From NCBI RefSeq assembly GCF_964213995.1, contig NC_135823.1:248001-312000 (forward strand): a stretch of DNA of 64,000 nt. The letters are read 5' to 3'. Positions within the stretch are counted from its first letter, which is position 1. Each line of letters starts with the position of its first letter. Made by a program: the position numbers and the translations under genes. Below the pieces are notes generated by a model. That model did no database searches. It was not told the origin of the DNA and worked only from the letters and a program-made list of their open reading frames with translations. Shown in pieces: positions 61,795 through 64,000 of this stretch. The DNA comes from Mustelus asterias (lineage: Eukaryota).

Positions 61795-63915
61795 AGACCA
61801 TAAGACATTGGAGCAGTATTAGGCCACTCGCCCATAGCGTCTGCTCCACCATTCAATCTTGGCTGATACTTTTCTCATCCCCATTCTCCTGCATTTTGCC
61901 CATAACCCCTGATACCCTTATTAAGCAAGAACATATCTATCTCTATCTTAAAGACACTCAGTGGTCTGGCCTCCACAGCCTTCTGTGACGAAGCGTTCCA
62001 CAGATTCACCACTCTCTGACTGAAGAAATTCCTCCTCATATCTGTTTTAAAGGTTCGTTCCTTTAGCCTGAGGATGTGCCCTCTGGTTCTAGTTTTTCCT
62101 ACCAGTGGAAATATCCTCTCCACGTCCACTCTATCCAGGCCTCGCAGTATCCTGTAAGTTTCAATAACAACCCCCCCCCCTCGCCCCCCCCCCCCCGCCC
62201 CCCGCCATCCTTCTAAACTTCAACGAGTACAGACACAGAGTCCTCAACCGTTCCTCATATGACAAGCCCTTCATTCCAGGAATCATTCTTGTGACCATCC
62301 TCTGGACTCTTTCCAAGGCCAGCACATCCTTCCCTGGATATGGGGCACAAAACTGCTCACAATACTCCAAATGCGGTCTGACCAGAGTCTTATACAGCCT
62401 CAGCAGTACATCCCTGCCCTTGTATTCTAGCCCTCTCGACATGAATGCTAACATTGCATTTTCCTTCCTAACTGCCGATTGAAACTGCACCTTAAGAAAA
62501 TCTTGAACAATGAGTCCCAAGTCCCTTTGTGTTTCTGATTTCCGAAGCATTTTTCCATTTAGAAAATAGCCTATGCCTCCATTTCTCCTTCCAACGTGCA
62601 TAACCTCACACTTTTCCACATTGTATTCCATCTGCCACTTCTTTGCCCACTTTCCTAACCTGCCCAGTTCTTTTTCCAACCCTCCTGCTTCCTCAAGACT
62701 ACCTGTCCCTCTCCATACCTTTGTATCATTTGGAAACTTAGCAACAGTGCCTTCAGATCCTTCCTCCAAATCGTTAATGTATATTGTGAAAATTTGTGGT
62801 CCCAGCACTGACCCCCGAGGCACGCCACTAGTCACCGGCTGCCATCCTGAAAGAGACGCCGTTATCTCCACTCTCTGTCTTCCGCCAGTCAGCCAATCCT
62901 CTGTCCATGCCAGGATCTTACTCTTAACACCATGCGCACTGAACTTATTTAACAGTCTCCTATGTAGCACCTTGTCAAAGGCCTTCTGGAAATCCACTGG
63001 TTCTCCTTTATCGAACTTCCTTGTTACCTCCTCAAAGAACTCTAACAGATTCGTCAGATATGAGCACCCATTGACAAAGCCTTGCTGACTCATTCCTACT
63101 TCATCATGAACTTCAAAGTACTCTGCAATCTCATCTTTAATAATTGTCTCTATAATCTTGCCAATGACCGACGTCAGGCTAAGTGGCCTATAAAACCCCA
63201 TCTGCTGCCTCCGTACCTTCTTAAACTGCGGTGTTACTGTCCTACTTTCCAATCCTCTGGTACTCTCCCTGCCTCCAGTGATTCCTGAAGTTCACCACCA
63301 TTGAGTCCACAATTTCCTCAGTTATCTCTTTTAGAACCCTGGGATGTAGTCCATCTGGTCCAGGTGACTTATCCACCTTCAGACCTTTCAGTTTCCCCAG
63401 AACCTTCTCCTTAGTGATGGCCACTCCACTCATCTGTGCCCCTTGGCTCTCCTGGAGCTCTGGCATCCCACTGGTGTCTTCCACCGCGAAGACTGATGCA
63501 AAGTAACTGTTCAGTTCCTCTGCCTTCGCTTTGTTTCCTGTTATTACTTCTCCAGCCTCACTTTCCAGTGGTCCAATGGCTATTTCTGCCTCTCTCTTAC
63601 CTTTTATATATTGAAACAAAACTCTTCCTATCTTCTTTTATACTACTCGCTAGCTTACACTCATATTTCATGTTCTCATCGCTAATTGTTTTTTTTTCAG
63701 TTGTGCTCTGCTCGCTTTTAAAGGCTTCCCAATCCTCTGGCTTCCCACTGATCCTTGCCACTTTGTAAGCTTTTTATTTTGCTTTTATGCTGTCCTTGAC
63801 TTCCCTCGTCAGCCATGGATGCCTCGTCCTCTCCTTAACATGTTGCCTCCTTCTTGGGATGAATTTCATTTGTGCCTCCCGAATAACTCTCAAAAACTCC
63901 TGCCATTGCTGTTCC
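61795..63915 (-). mobile_element. 5'-truncated CR1-like LINE, frameshifted
   Basis: ORFs 63242-63619, 62161-63252 and 61875-62129 are consecutive RT parts; (accataag) tail. Confidence 0.92.
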
Positions 63916-64000
63916 AAAGTCTTCGATATTTTACTCAGTATATTGAAGAGTAAGGTCTATTGATTTTTGGATAAGAACAGAAACGAGGTATTTGGAGATA

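Overview
Eukaryotic, repeat-dense DNA from a cartilaginous fish, most likely a shark. This is inferred from HE1-type tRNA SINEs, CR1/HER1-like LINEs, Rex1/Babar-like LINEs and Penelope-like elements. Most ORFs in the supplied track are retroelement or microsatellite artefacts. Hidden among the repeats are two multi-exon, minus-strand, head-to-tail genes with antigen-receptor architecture: leader, one exon encoding V plus a J-like strand, a ~90-100 nt intron, a C1-set exon, a TM exon and cytoplasmic exons. Gene A (12884->1962) was assembled by hand to about 311 aa and ends in a Y-A-S-L tyrosine motif. Gene B (55346->49344, terminal exon unresolved) has a canonical FGNG J motif already joined to V in the germline. 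No recombination signal sequences flank either V. Both chains have a membrane-proximal Cys, uncharged TM helices and an unusual C-T-C in the C1 F strand. The pair looks like a non-rearranging TCR/IgL-like receptor of the VJ-C1/PRARP type, possibly a disulfide-linked heterodimer, with a T-box/RUNX/ETS promoter on gene B. Other observations: Penelope-derived hammerhead-like palindromes, nested retroelement insertions with target-site duplications, SINE-derived 52-bp minisatellites, several CTCF-like sites and two assembly gaps. Exon coordinates were counted by hand; repeat boundaries are approximate (tens of bp).
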